Positions 9,543-19,374 are shown, numbered from the stretch's first letter. The stretch is DNA of 64,000 nt from Alphaproteobacteria bacterium (GCA_964291675.2 OZ219866.1:2016001-2080000); one strand, 5' to 3'. Numbers and translations are program-made. Notes: generated by a model not told the origin, from the sequence alone.

Positions 9543-10690
9543 TGCCCAAGCCCACCGGCGTGCCGCGCAACCTGACCGAACAGATCACCGGGCGGGAGCA
9601 GGGCGCGTCGCGGTTCCGCATCTACGACAGCCATCCGCTCGGGCTCCCCGAGTACTGGTATCCGATACTCTGGTCCAGAACCCTGAAGCCGCGCCGGGGC
9701 ATCGGGCTCACGCTGCTCGGCAAGGAGGTCGCGCTGTTCCGCGAGGGCGGCAGGGCCTACGCCCTCGACAACCGCTGCCCGCATCGCGGCGTGCCCATCG
9801 ACAACGCGCAGTGCGATTTCGCCGGCACCCGCACCTGCCCCTATCACGGCTGGGTGTTCGAGCTGGAGACCGGGCGGCTGCGCGCCGCGCTCACCGACGG
9901 GCCGGACTCCCCGATCGTGAAGAAGGGCAGCGTCCGCGTGCGCACCTACCCCGTCGAGGAGCGCTGCGGGCTGGTCTGGATCTATCTCGGGGACGGCGAG
10001 CCGCCGCCGGTCGAGGACGACATCCCCGACGAGTGGCTGCTGCCCACGGCGATCGTCACCGGGCGCATTTCCGAGCGCGCCGGCGACTGGCGCTACGCCG
10101 TCGAGAACGGCTACGACGAGGGGCACGTCAAGTACCTCCACCGCCGCGGCGTCTGGACCTTCTGGCGGCGCGCGCCCGGCTGGGGGTGGTCGGAGCCGCG
10201 CATCTCGGAGGACGGCAAGTGGTTGACGCGCGAGACCAGGGAAATCGGCTTCTGCGCCGAGTTTCCCGGGCTCGGCGTCTGGCCGCCGCAGAAATGGTAC
10301 AAGTGGCGCCCCGGCGCGCGCGGCATCAAGTTCCGCCTGCCCTGCACGCTCCGCGTGGCGTACCGGGCGTGGGCGCATTTCGAGTGGTACGTGCCGACCG
10401 AGCGCGGGCACCACCGCTATCTCCAGTTCATCTGCAAGCAGGCGAGCGGGCTTGCGGCGCTCTGGCACCGGATCAAGTACCTGCTCTACATCCGCCCGTT
10501 CTTCCACCACCAGTTCAACGACCAGGACGCCTGGATGGTGGAGAACATGGTGACGCCGCCGGAGATACTCTACCGGCCCGACGGCGCCATGCAGTCGGTG
10601 CGCCAGTACTACGAGGACACCGCGCGCGGCTTCGGACGCGAGCCCGTCGAGCGGTATCCCAGGGAAGGCAGCGGGCCGGGCGCCGACTAG
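9536..10690 (+). CDS. Rieske non-heme iron oxygenase, CarAa/OxoO (alpha3) type
   Basis: CPHRG...CPYHGW Rieske motif; ENGYDEGHVKYLH and FNDQD iron ligands; FEWYVP motif shared with CarAa. Confidence 0.87.
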   Translation: MLMPKPTGVPRNLTEQITGREQGASRFRIYDSHPLGLPEYWYPILWSRTLKPRRGIGLTLLGKEVALFREGGRAYALDNRCPHRGVPIDNAQCDFAGTRTCPYHGWVFELETGRLRAALTDGPDSPIVKKGSVRVRTYPVEERCGLVWIYLGDGEPPPVEDDIPDEWLLPTAIVTGRISERAGDWRYAVENGYDEGHVKYLHRRGVWTFWRRAPGWGWSEPRISEDGKWLTRETREIGFCAEFPGLGVWPPQKWYKWRPGARGIKFRLPCTLRVAYRAWAHFEWYVPTERGHHRYLQFICKQASGLAALWHRIKYLLYIRPFFHHQFNDQDAWMVENMVTPPEILYRPDGAMQSVRQYYEDTARGFGREPVERYPREGSGPGAD

Positions 10691-10707
10691 GACGCAGGGG
10701 GACGGGC

Positions 10708-11532
10708 ATGGGCGAGAACGGCGGCAGATTCGTCCGCATCGACGGACACCGGATCCATATCGACGAGACGGGCGAGGGCTACCCGGTGATCTGCCTCCAC
10801 GGCGGCGGACCCGGCGCCGGCGGCCGCAGCAACTTCCGCTACAACGTGGACGCGGTCGCGGCGCGCTACCGCACGATCCTCATGGACATGCCGAATTTCG
10901 GCAAGTCCGACATGATCGTCTCCGACAAGGGCCGGCTCAGCCTGTGCGCCGACATGATCCGCGGGCTGATGGACGCGCTCGGCATCCCGAAGGCCCACTT
11001 CATCGGCAACTCGATGGGCGCCCAGAGCGTGTTCAAGTTCGCCCTCGACCATCCGGACCGTATCGACCGCTTCGTCGCCATCGGCAACACCACCTACACG
11101 CGCACCTTCTTCCAGCCGCGCCCGGCGGAGGGCATCAGGCTGATCGCCGAGTACTATCGCGGCGAAGGCCCCACCGAGGAGAAGATGCGCGCCCTCTTGA
11201 CCGCCATCGTCTACGACCCGTCCTTCATCACCGACCGGATCGTGAGAGAGCGCTACGAGGCGAGCGCCGAGCCCCGGGTGGTCGAGCTGTGGTCGAACAA
11301 CCCGCCAAAGCCCGAGGACATCGGCGACCGGCTGCACGAGGTACGCTGCCCGGTCCTGCTCATGTGGGGGTCGCAGGACCGTTTCTCGTCGCTGGATTCC
11401 GGCCTCTCCATGGTCAACATCCTCGCCGACGCGCGCATGCACATCTTCCCGCGCTGCGGCCACTGGGTGCAGGTGGAATGCGCCGAGGAGTTCAACGAGC
11501 TCGCGCTCGCCTTCCTCGCCCGCGAGTCGTGA
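10708..11532 (+). CDS. Meta-cleavage product C-C hydrolase (CarC/BphD/MhpC family)
   Basis: HGGGPG, GNSMG and CGHWVQVE motifs. Confidence 0.9.
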   Translation: MGENGGRFVRIDGHRIHIDETGEGYPVICLHGGGPGAGGRSNFRYNVDAVAARYRTILMDMPNFGKSDMIVSDKGRLSLCADMIRGLMDALGIPKAHFIGNSMGAQSVFKFALDHPDRIDRFVAIGNTTYTRTFFQPRPAEGIRLIAEYYRGEGPTEEKMRALLTAIVYDPSFITDRIVRERYEASAEPRVVELWSNNPPKPEDIGDRLHEVRCPVLLMWGSQDRFSSLDSGLSMVNILADARMHIFPRCGHWVQVECAEEFNELALAFLARES

Positions 11533-11542
11533 GAGCGGGCGG

Positions 11543-11794
11543 GTGAGCCGCTACGAGCTCAACCGGGCGATGTACGAGGGCACGCGCGACCGGTCGATCG
11601 CCGACAAGGCGGAGTTTCTCGCGGCCTACGCGCTCGACGAGGCGGAGCGGCGGGCGCTGGCCGCGCCCAACTTCGCGGCGATCCTCGATCTCGGCGGGCT
11701 GCCCAACCTGGTCTACCGGTACTACCGGGCGCACGGGCTCGCATTCGAGGCGTTCTCCGAGCGCCTCGGCCGCGACCGCGCGGAGCTCGGCTAG
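11543..11794 (+). CDS. Extradiol dioxygenase small subunit (LigA/CarBa-like)
   Basis: 83 aa, MSRYELNR...FLAAYALDEAERRAL...LGGLPNL; abuts the LigB-type gene. Confidence 0.8.
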   Translation: MSRYELNRAMYEGTRDRSIADKAEFLAAYALDEAERRALAAPNFAAILDLGGLPNLVYRYYRAHGLAFEAFSERLGRDRAELG

Positions 11795-12634
11795 ATGGCG
11801 CGCCTGGTCCTCGGCATCGCGACCACCCATATCGCCGCGATCGCGCGGACCCCGCAAATCGCCGCGCCGGACGAAGCGGCGCGGTTTCGGGCAGGCTTCC
11901 AGACGCTCGCCCGCGCGCTCGCGCGGGCTCGGCCCGACGTGCTCGTCGTGATCTCGCCCGACCACGTCAACCGCTTCTTCCTCGACAACATGCCCGCCTT
12001 CTGCATCGGCCTGAGGGACAGCTTCGAGGGGCCGGCCGAGCAGGGTACGGGGATCCCGCGCCGGCGCCTCGCCGGCCATGCGGGGCTGGCGACCGGCATT
12101 CTGGAACACGGGCTGGCGCACGGGATCGACTGGTCCCGCGCCGAGGACTGGGTGCTCGACCACGGATTCATGGTTCCGCTGCACATGCTCGACCCCGAGG
12201 GGCGTCTCCCGGTGGTGCCCGTGAACGTCAACTGCGCCGCCCCGCCGCTGCCGGGCATCGCCCGCTGTCACGCCGTCGGCGCGCTGCTGGGCGAGGCGAT
12301 CCGGGCGGCGGATGACCGTCTTCGCGTCGCCGTCGTCGCCGCCGGCGGGCTCTCCCACTCGCCGGGCGACGAGCGCATGGGGTTTATCGATTCCGGGTTC
12401 GACGAGCGCTTTCTCGGTCTGCTCGAGGCGGGGAAGACCGCCGACATCCTCGCGCTCACCGATGCCGAGATCGACGCCGCCGGGACCTCGACCGCCGAGA
12501 TCCGGAGCTGGATCGTGCTTTACGGCGCGCTCGGGAACCGGCCCTTCCGCCGGGTCCACTACGAGGCGATCGCCGCCTACGGCACCGGCTGCGGCCAGTG
12601 CCTGGTAGAGCCCGCGACCGGAGATCCGGGATAG
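11795..12634 (+). CDS. Class III extradiol dioxygenase catalytic subunit (LigB/CarBb-like)
   Basis: TTH, PDHVNRFF, LDHG, GGLSH and AEIRSW motifs. Confidence 0.9.
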   Translation: MARLVLGIATTHIAAIARTPQIAAPDEAARFRAGFQTLARALARARPDVLVVISPDHVNRFFLDNMPAFCIGLRDSFEGPAEQGTGIPRRRLAGHAGLATGILEHGLAHGIDWSRAEDWVLDHGFMVPLHMLDPEGRLPVVPVNVNCAAPPLPGIARCHAVGALLGEAIRAADDRLRVAVVAAGGLSHSPGDERMGFIDSGFDERFLGLLEAGKTADILALTDAEIDAAGTSTAEIRSWIVLYGALGNRPFRRVHYEAIAAYGTGCGQCLVEPATGDPG

Positions 12635-12662
12635 ATGACTTTGGCAACCATGATGACGATAG

Positions 12663-13231
12663 TTACAGATTTGCCGAAAACCGCGCCAGTTCGGCGGCTG
12701 TCGCTTCGAGTCCCAGTCCCGCGAGGATGGCGCGATAGTCGTGAACTGAGATAGGCGGCGCTACCAGCCGGATTCGTATCTTGCGCACAGCGTCGCAGAA
12801 GGGGCCGGGCATCAGGTCAAGGTGATCGGACAGAAAGTTGTCGGGGTGCAGGATTTCGATCCCGTAGGGTGCGACCGCGTCCTCCGGGAAGTCTCGCAGG
12901 TTGCAGGTAACGATCGCGTCGCAGCATCCGACGATCGCGCGGCAAGAACATGACGATCGTCGGGATCGGGAAGATCGAGCGCGGGAATCAACGGTTCGTA
13001 TCCGGTGACCAGACAGTCCCGCGTGGCTTGGTCCATGCGACGGCGGGTGTGTTCGAGGGTCGCTCGATCCCGGTGAGGTTCGTTGCGGATCAGGGCGTCG
13101 ATCCACTCCCGATGGATGTCGGCGGTCCACTTCGCGCGAAAGACATCGTCAGCCGCCAACTGCAGGAAAATATCCCGCATCGGTGCGGGATAGAGGATGT
13201 TGGCGTCGAGAAGGGCGGTGACGCCCGTCAC
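12663..13231 (-). pseudogene. PIN-domain (VapC-like) toxin with a 1-bp frameshift near 12938
   Basis: The N-half (LLDANILYP...LPDPDDRHVLAA) is in ORF 12812-13231 and the C-half (AIVGCCDAIVTCNLRDFP...HPDNFL) is in ORF 12663-13130. One added base gives DRHVLAAAIVG and a 189-aa protein. Confidence 0.82.
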
Positions 13232-13692
13232 CGGGCGCCATATCCCATGTCGTGAGCCTGGGCGTCCCGGGTTAGTTGCTCAAGCACCTGCTCGCGTTCA
13301 CGGTCGATGGCATTCTTGTATGCCATGACATCCTCCATGCGAATCCGGCGGTGCCTGCCGACCTTCCGATGCGGGATGGCCCTCCGGTCGAGGAGCTTGA
13401 TGAGGAACGGACGGGAGACGTTCAATATGTCGGCCGCCTGAACCGTGGTGAGTTCGGCGCTTTCCGGAATCAGCGTCACGCCCTGGCCCGCGGCCATGGC
13501 TTCCAAGACATGTATGAGCAGGTCGACCGCACCGGTCGGGAGATCGATCGGCTGTTCCTGTTCGCCGTCTCTGACGCGCAGCTTCAAGGGCCGGTCCATC
13601 CCGCCATAGGGAGACAGAGCCTCGTGAGTGCTTCGTGCGATCGCAGCGTCCCGAGGCGTAGGCGGGAGCTGCCGATGAGCCAGCGTGTTCAT
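13228..13692 (-). CDS. Excisionase-like helix-turn-helix protein (HTH_17), putative antitoxin of the PIN gene
   Basis: ELTTVQAADILNVSRPFLIKLLD...IPHRKVGRHRRI; GTGA overlap with the PIN gene. Confidence 0.88.
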   Translation of the reverse strand: MNTLAHRQLPPTPRDAAIARSTHEALSPYGGMDRPLKLRVRDGEQEQPIDLPTGAVDLLIHVLEAMAAGQGVTLIPESAELTTVQAADILNVSRPFLIKLLDRRAIPHRKVGRHRRIRMEDVMAYKNAIDREREQVLEQLTRDAQAHDMGYGAR

Positions 13693-13743
13693 GCATGCCT
13701 CCTTGGAAGGCGTGAATCCGCAGAGTGAAGATATTTGTATGAA

Positions 13744-13772
13744 ATAAATGAAGCTATCGAAGCAAATGTCAA
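13744..13772 (-). promoter_or_regulatory. Putative sigma70 promoter of the HTH-PIN operon
   Basis: Minus strand reads TTGACA-N17-ATTTAT in an AT-rich patch 50-80 bp upstream of the HTH start. The -35 is perfect, the -10 is weak. Confidence 0.45.
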
Positions 13773-13822
13773 CGGCGCTTGGGTCGAGGCGTGGGTCCGA
13801 GCGTCGGCTGCATTCACTCGGG

Positions 13823-13862
13823 TTGTATCCCCAGAGCTCCTACACCGCCTCTGGGGATACAA
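13823..13862. repeat. Perfect 14-bp inverted repeat with 12-nt spacer
   Basis: TTGTATCCCCAGAG (13823-13836) and CTCTGGGGATACAA (13849-13862). Confidence 0.9.
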
Positions 13863-14050
13863 TCTCCGTAAGAAATTTCAGTGCACGAAATATGGGGCGA
13901 GCGTGTGGCAGCGATCGCCATCCTTCCGGCCGGTTTCTTGTCCGCCGGCGGGGGCGGTGATACCGTGATCCGCGCGGGGTATTGCGGCTGTCGGCCCGGA
14001 AACGCGCCTGTCCGCCCTCGCTTGAGGTGGCAAGTTCGGGGACCGGAACG

Positions 14051-14464
14051 ATGGCCGAAGCAAGGCCCTTCTTCACCAACATTCACCAGGCGCCGACCCG
14101 GAACATGAAGCTGGGGCGGGGCACCGGGATCAAGCTGGTCAACCCCGAGATGGGCTGCCGGAAGGTCGACGTCCACATCAACGTCATCAACGACGACTCA
14201 GGCCCCGGCGAGGTCCATTTCCACGAGAACGCCGACAACGTCTACATCGTCCTCGACGGCGTGCTCGAGGTCGTGGTCGAGGGCGAGCGCCATCTCCTGC
14301 ACAAGGACGATGTCGGCTACATCCCGGCCGGGGTGGTGCACACCGCCGGAAGCGCCGGCGGGCACGGCCCGACGCGGGTCATCGAAATCTACGCGCCCGG
14401 CGGCTACGACTTTCACGAAGTCGAAAGCTTCGACAACCCCGTCGAGATCGCGCCGTCGTCCTGA
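14051..14464 (+). CDS. Cupin-2 domain protein
   Basis: GEVHFHENADNVYIVLDG...IPAGVVH cupin motifs; ATG at 14051. Confidence 0.85.
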   Translation: MAEARPFFTNIHQAPTRNMKLGRGTGIKLVNPEMGCRKVDVHINVINDDSGPGEVHFHENADNVYIVLDGVLEVVVEGERHLLHKDDVGYIPAGVVHTAGSAGGHGPTRVIEIYAPGGYDFHEVESFDNPVEIAPSS

Positions 14465-14478
14465 ACGGCCCCCGGAGG

Positions 14479-15327
14479 ATGCGGATGACGGAAATTTCGA
14501 CCGTCTTCGTCGAGGGGACGCCGCGGCTTGCCGTCGACCGGGCCGGGTCGGGTCCGCTGGCGTTCTTCCTGCACGGTATCGGCGGCAACCGGACCAACTG
14601 GACTGCGCAGATCGAAGCGCTCGCCGACTCCTTCCATGCCGTCGCCTGGGACGCGCGCGGCTACGGCGATTCCGACGACTACGAGGGCGCGCTCGATTTC
14701 GGCGATTTCGCGCGCGATGCGCTCAGGGTGCTCGACCGCTTCGGCGCCGAGCGGGCGCATTTCGTCGGGCTCTCGATGGGCGGGCGGATCGCCCAGGATT
14801 TTTGCGCCCGATACCCCGACCGGGTCGCCACGCTGGTGCTGTGCGACACGATGTCGGATTTCCGGGGGTCGATGACGCCCGAGAAGCGCGCCGAGTTCAT
14901 CCGGCTGCGCCAGGCGCCGCTCAAGGCGGGCAAGGAGCCGCGCGACATCGCCGACGCGCTGGTGGACAGCCTGACCGGACCCGGCGCAAGCGAGGCCGCG
15001 CGCCGGCGGCTGTGGGACAGCATCGCCGCGCTCCACAAGGACTCTTATCTCAAGACCATCGAGGCCTCGCTCTCCTTCGACCGGTCCGCCGAAATCGACC
15101 GGATATCGGTTCCGACGCTGCTGCTCTACGGCGAGCATGACCGGCTCACCCCGCCCGGCATCGGACAGGCTTTGCACCGACGCATCGCCGGCTCGGAGTT
15201 CGCGGTGATCGAGGATGCCGGACATCTTTGCAACATCGAACGGCCCGAGGCTTTCAACGCCGTGCTCCGCGCCTTCCTCGCCAGGCATCGCGACCGCGCC
15301 GAACCCACAGGGAGGACAGCAGAATGA
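14479..15327 (+). CDS. Alpha/beta hydrolase (enol-lactonase/PcaD-like)
   Basis: HGIGG, GLSMGG, GEHD and AGHLCNIERP motifs. Confidence 0.87.
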   Translation: MRMTEISTVFVEGTPRLAVDRAGSGPLAFFLHGIGGNRTNWTAQIEALADSFHAVAWDARGYGDSDDYEGALDFGDFARDALRVLDRFGAERAHFVGLSMGGRIAQDFCARYPDRVATLVLCDTMSDFRGSMTPEKRAEFIRLRQAPLKAGKEPRDIADALVDSLTGPGASEAARRRLWDSIAALHKDSYLKTIEASLSFDRSAEIDRISVPTLLLYGEHDRLTPPGIGQALHRRIAGSEFAVIEDAGHLCNIERPEAFNAVLRAFLARHRDRAEPTGRTAE

Positions 15328-17480
15328 ACCCCGATCTCCTCGTCCCGGATGCGACCGAAAGATGCGCCGCCCTGAGGCCGGCGGGCGGGACCGACGGCTT
15401 GGCGGTCGGCGCCCTGGTCGGCCCGGACGAGACGGCGACGCCGCTCGCCCGGCGTCTCGACGGCGCCGCCGTCCGGGTGCGGGGCTATCTCGCGCCGTCG
15501 CTCAGCCCCCGGGCGGGACGCTTTCTGCTCACCGAGGCTTCGCTCGCGCCCTGCAATCTCTGCGGCAACATCCACGGCGTCGCCGTCGGCCTCGCCGTCG
15601 AGCCGTCCGAGCCCCGGGCGGCCGATATCGCGATGCACGAGGCGGTGGAGGTCGCCGGCGTGCTTGCTCTCGGCGCGCCCGAGGCCGCCGGTCCGATCCG
15701 CGACTTCGCGCTCCGCGACTGCACCGTGGCCCGCCTCCCGCAACCCGATCCCGCGGCGGGATCGGAGGCGAGGACCTGGCTCCGCCGCTTTCTCGACGAG
15801 CGCTCGGACGCCGCCCCGCGGACCCGTCCGCTGCGCCCGGCGCGGCCGGTAACCGGCGCCGGTCCCGCCGATACCGTGCTCACCAACGGCCACGTCCGCA
15901 CCGTCGACCGGGTCTCGACCACGGCCGAGGCGGTCGCCATACGCGGCGGGCGCTTCATCGCCGTGGGCGACGCGGACGAGGTCGCGGCCCATGCGGGGCC
16001 GGATACCGAGATCCTCGACCTCGGGGGGCGGACCGCGGTGCCGGGGCTGATCGATTCCCACATCCACCAGTTCTATCTCGGCCTCAATCTGCCGACGGTG
16101 CAGCTGCTCGACGCGCGCTCGGTCGCCGACGTGCAGGCGCGGATCGCCGAGCGGGCCGCCGCGACGCCCGACGGCGAGTGGATCGTCGGCACCTCGGGCT
16201 GGCACGAGAGCCTGCTCGCCGAGGGGCGCATGCCCACCCGCTGGGAGCTCGACGAGGCCGCGCCCGACAACCCGGTGATCGTGCCGCGCGGCGGCCATGT
16301 CGTGACCGTCAACTCGAAGGCGCTGGAACGCGCCGGCATCGCCGACGACACGCCCGATCCCGTGGGCGGCGTGATCGTGCGCGATCCGGCGAGCGGCGCG
16401 GCCACCGGCGTGCTGCTCGAAAGCGCCGCCTATTTCGCGCGCCGAGTCGCGCCCCTGACCCCGCCCGAGGACGAGATGGCGGACCTCCTGAAGGCGGCGA
16501 TGAAGGAGCTCAACGCCTACGGCATCGTCAGCGTGACCGACCCGGTGATCGACGAGACCAGCATGGCGGTCTACCGCCGGCTGCGCGACGAGGACGCGAT
16601 CACCGTCCGCACGGAGCTGCTCTACAAGGCCGCCGACAGGGCAGGCACCGAGCGCGGCATCGCCGCCATGCAGGCGGAGACCGGCGACGACATGCTCTGC
16701 TTCGCCGGCATCAAGTTCATGCTCGACGGCGGCGTCGAGGGGGCGAGGCTGCGCGAGCCCTACCGCATCGTGCCGGGCGAACAGCCGCACGCGGATTACC
16801 GCGGCCTGCTGATGACCCCGCCCGGCGGCGAGGAAGAGTTCGTCGAGTGCCTGAAGCTGGTGGCCGAGGCCGGGATGCAGGCCCAGACCCATGGCGTGGG
16901 CGACGAGGCGATCGACGTCATCATCCGCTGCTACGCGGCGGTGGCCGAGCAAATCCCCATCGCCGATCTGCGCTGGACCCTGATGCACGTGTTCCTGCCG
17001 ACCGACGAGGCGATCGAGACCATGCGCCGCATCGGCGTGCTCGCGACGGTGCAGGATCACCCGGTCTTGCTCGGCCACAACCAGCGCCGCTGGTGGGGCG
17101 ACGAGAGGGCGGCGGCGGCGATACCGATCCGCCGGCTGATCGATTCCGGGCTGCTGGTCGGCGGCGGCACCGACGGTCCCGTGGTGCCGGTCGATCCGTT
17201 CCTGTCGATGTGGTGGATGGTCACGCGCGGGACGCTGCTGGGCTATACGCTCGGCGCCGACCAGGCGATCTCCGCCGCCGAGGCGCTGGAGCTCTACACC
17301 GTCAACAACGCGCGGATCATGGGCGTCGAGGACGAGCGCGGATCGATCGAGCCCGGCAAGCAGGCCGACCTCGCGGTCCTGTCGCAGGACATCGTCGAAA
17401 TCGAGGCGGACGAGATCCGTAATACCCGTGCCCTGCTCACCATGGTCGGCGGCAAGGTGGTCCATCGCGACGGCATGTGA
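15324..17480 (+). CDS. YtcJ/NfdA-like amidohydrolase-3 with an extra N-terminal CxxC domain
   Basis: The barrel begins near ADTVLTNGHVRT and carries PGLIDSHIH, QTHGVGD, LMH, GGTDGP and GSIEPGKQADL. About 175 extra N-terminal residues contain VRVRGYLAP...FLLT...PCNLC. GGAGG RBS and ATGA overlap with the upstream gene. Confidence 0.85.
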   Translation: MNPDLLVPDATERCAALRPAGGTDGLAVGALVGPDETATPLARRLDGAAVRVRGYLAPSLSPRAGRFLLTEASLAPCNLCGNIHGVAVGLAVEPSEPRAADIAMHEAVEVAGVLALGAPEAAGPIRDFALRDCTVARLPQPDPAAGSEARTWLRRFLDERSDAAPRTRPLRPARPVTGAGPADTVLTNGHVRTVDRVSTTAEAVAIRGGRFIAVGDADEVAAHAGPDTEILDLGGRTAVPGLIDSHIHQFYLGLNLPTVQLLDARSVADVQARIAERAAATPDGEWIVGTSGWHESLLAEGRMPTRWELDEAAPDNPVIVPRGGHVVTVNSKALERAGIADDTPDPVGGVIVRDPASGAATGVLLESAAYFARRVAPLTPPEDEMADLLKAAMKELNAYGIVSVTDPVIDETSMAVYRRLRDEDAITVRTELLYKAADRAGTERGIAAMQAETGDDMLCFAGIKFMLDGGVEGARLREPYRIVPGEQPHADYRGLLMTPPGGEEEFVECLKLVAEAGMQAQTHGVGDEAIDVIIRCYAAVAEQIPIADLRWTLMHVFLPTDEAIETMRRIGVLATVQDHPVLLGHNQRRWWGDERAAAAIPIRRLIDSGLLVGGGTDGPVVPVDPFLSMWWMVTRGTLLGYTLGADQAISAAEALELYTVNNARIMGVEDERGSIEPGKQADLAVLSQDIVEIEADEIRNTRALLTMVGGKVVHRDGM

Positions 17481-17583
17481 GGCCGCGCGCCATCGCTCCC
17501 TCTTTGGCCTGCGGGCTTCCCCCGGCTTGTGCCGGCGGCGGCGGGGTGGAACACTTGGCCGCCATGCAAACGGGCGCGGACAG

Positions 17584-18381
17584 TTGACGGAAAGCGTCAT
17601 CGCCTTTCGCGGGGTCGAGGTCGGTTTCGCCGCCGAGACGATCTATGACGACCTCAGCTTCGACGTCCGGGAGGGCGAGTTCTTCTGCATTCTCGGCCCG
17701 TCCGGCTGCGGCAAGTCGACCTCGCTCAGGGTGATGGGCGATTTGCTGCGCGCATCGGGCGGCGCGGTCCTGGTGGACGGGCGCCCGCCCGACGAGGCCT
17801 GGCAGGAGATCGCCTATATCTTCCAGTCGCCCCGCCTGGTTCCCTGGCGGGACGCGCTCGGCAATGTCGTGCTCGGCATGGAGCTGCGTTTCGACCGCAT
17901 GCCGAAGGCCGCGATGGAGGAACGGGCGCGCGACCTGCTCGCCCTGGTCGGGCTCGCCGCCGACATGCACAAATTTCCGTCGATGCTGTCCGGCGGGGAG
18001 CGTCAGCGCGTGGCGATCGCCCGCGCCCTGTCGGTCGATCCGAAGATCGTGCTGATGGACGAGCCGTTCTCGGCGCTCGACCTCAACACCAGGCGGCGCC
18101 TGCGCGAAGAGATCGTCTCGATCTGGCAGAAGACCGGGAAGACCATCGTGTTCGTCACCCACGATATCGACGAGGCGCTGGTGCTGGCGGACCGGGTGCT
18201 GCTGCTCTCCAACAAGCCGACCCGCATTCTCGACACCATCGAGATCGCCGAGGACCGGCCGCGCGCGATCGAGGGCTCCGCCGGCCTCAGGGCGCACAAG
18301 GCGCATCTTCACGCGCTGTTTCGCACGCTCGCACCCGATGCGACGGAACCAGTCGAACACCAGATGGAGGCAAGACCATGA
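17584..18381 (+). CDS. ABC transporter ATP-binding protein (NitT/TauT type)
   Basis: GPSGCGKS, LSGGERQR, MDEPFSALD and VTHD motifs; TTG start approximate. Confidence 0.92.
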   Translation: MTESVIAFRGVEVGFAAETIYDDLSFDVREGEFFCILGPSGCGKSTSLRVMGDLLRASGGAVLVDGRPPDEAWQEIAYIFQSPRLVPWRDALGNVVLGMELRFDRMPKAAMEERARDLLALVGLAADMHKFPSMLSGGERQRVAIARALSVDPKIVLMDEPFSALDLNTRRRLREEIVSIWQKTGKTIVFVTHDIDEALVLADRVLLLSNKPTRILDTIEIAEDRPRAIEGSAGLRAHKAHLHALFRTLAPDATEPVEHQMEARP

Positions 18382-19358
18382 AGCGGTTGCTGCTCGGAAC
18401 GCTCGCCGCCTTCGCGCTCGGCGCGACGCCGGGGGCCGGGGCGAAGGAAACGATCACCTACGCCTATCTGATCGAGCCGGCGATGGAAGGCGTGCTCTAC
18501 GGGATCAAGAGCGGGGTCGTGAAATCCGACACGATCGAGATCGAGATGTCCTCGCTCGGCATCCCGGCGCTGATCCAGTCGACCCCGACCCGGCGCTACG
18601 ACGTGATCATGAACGCCGTGATGTCGATCCCGCGGGCCCAGGCCCGCGGCCTGCAGCTCGTCGTGCTCTCGACCGCGCTGCGCTCGCCCGCGGGGCGCGA
18701 GGGCGGCGCCATCTGGGTCAAGGCCGACAGCCCCTACAAGACCGTCGCCGACCTCAAGGGCAAGCGGATGGGCAATGTCGCCCTGCAGTCGACCGGGACG
18801 ACATGGCAGCGCATCGCGCTCTGGAAGAAGCACGGCATCAACGTCTCCTACAAGGGCGGCGACTTCAAATGGGTCCAGATGCCGGCGCCGGCGCTGCTCG
18901 GCGCGCTGGAGGCCGGACGGGTCGATGCCGCCGGGCTGATCCACTCCCAGGCCTACAAGGCCGACAAGTCCGGCAAGTACCGTGTCGTGGCCTATACCAG
19001 CCGCGACATCCACGAGCTCTTCGGGGTCGACGTGGTCCCGGCGGTCAATGTGAGCTACCCCAACAAGCTTGAGGCCCGCCCCGCCGCGTTCCGGGAGTTC
19101 AACCGGATGCTCAAGGCCTCGGTCGACTACGCGCTCGCCAATCGCCGCAAGGTTGGCGAGGCGATCAGCAAGGAGCACAACATCTCGCCCGATTTCTTCG
19201 AGGCTTGGCTGACCCGCTTCTCGTTCTTCCCGGCGACCGTGAGCGAGGCCGATGCCAAGGCGTTCGAGACCGTCTGGCAGGGCGCCAAGGAGCTCGGCAT
19301 CCTGAAGAGCTACCCGAAGGCCGAGACGGTCATCTGGGAGCACGCGATCAGGGACTAG
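18378..19358 (+). CDS. ABC transporter substrate-binding protein (NMT1/SsuA-like)
   Basis: Signal peptide MKRLLLGTLAAFALG..., DSPYKTVADLKGK and LEAGRVDAA motifs. Confidence 0.87.
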   Translation: MKRLLLGTLAAFALGATPGAGAKETITYAYLIEPAMEGVLYGIKSGVVKSDTIEIEMSSLGIPALIQSTPTRRYDVIMNAVMSIPRAQARGLQLVVLSTALRSPAGREGGAIWVKADSPYKTVADLKGKRMGNVALQSTGTTWQRIALWKKHGINVSYKGGDFKWVQMPAPALLGALEAGRVDAAGLIHSQAYKADKSGKYRVVAYTSRDIHELFGVDVVPAVNVSYPNKLEARPAAFREFNRMLKASVDYALANRRKVGEAISKEHNISPDFFEAWLTRFSFFPATVSEADAKAFETVWQGAKELGILKSYPKAETVIWEHAIRD

Positions 19359-19374
19359 CCCCGGCTCCCGAACC

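Noticed and set aside
13228-13692. Excisionase as evidence of a prophage or ICE
   Set aside because: No integrase, att site, tRNA or phage genes nearby. Overlap with a PIN gene fits a toxin-antitoxin pair better.
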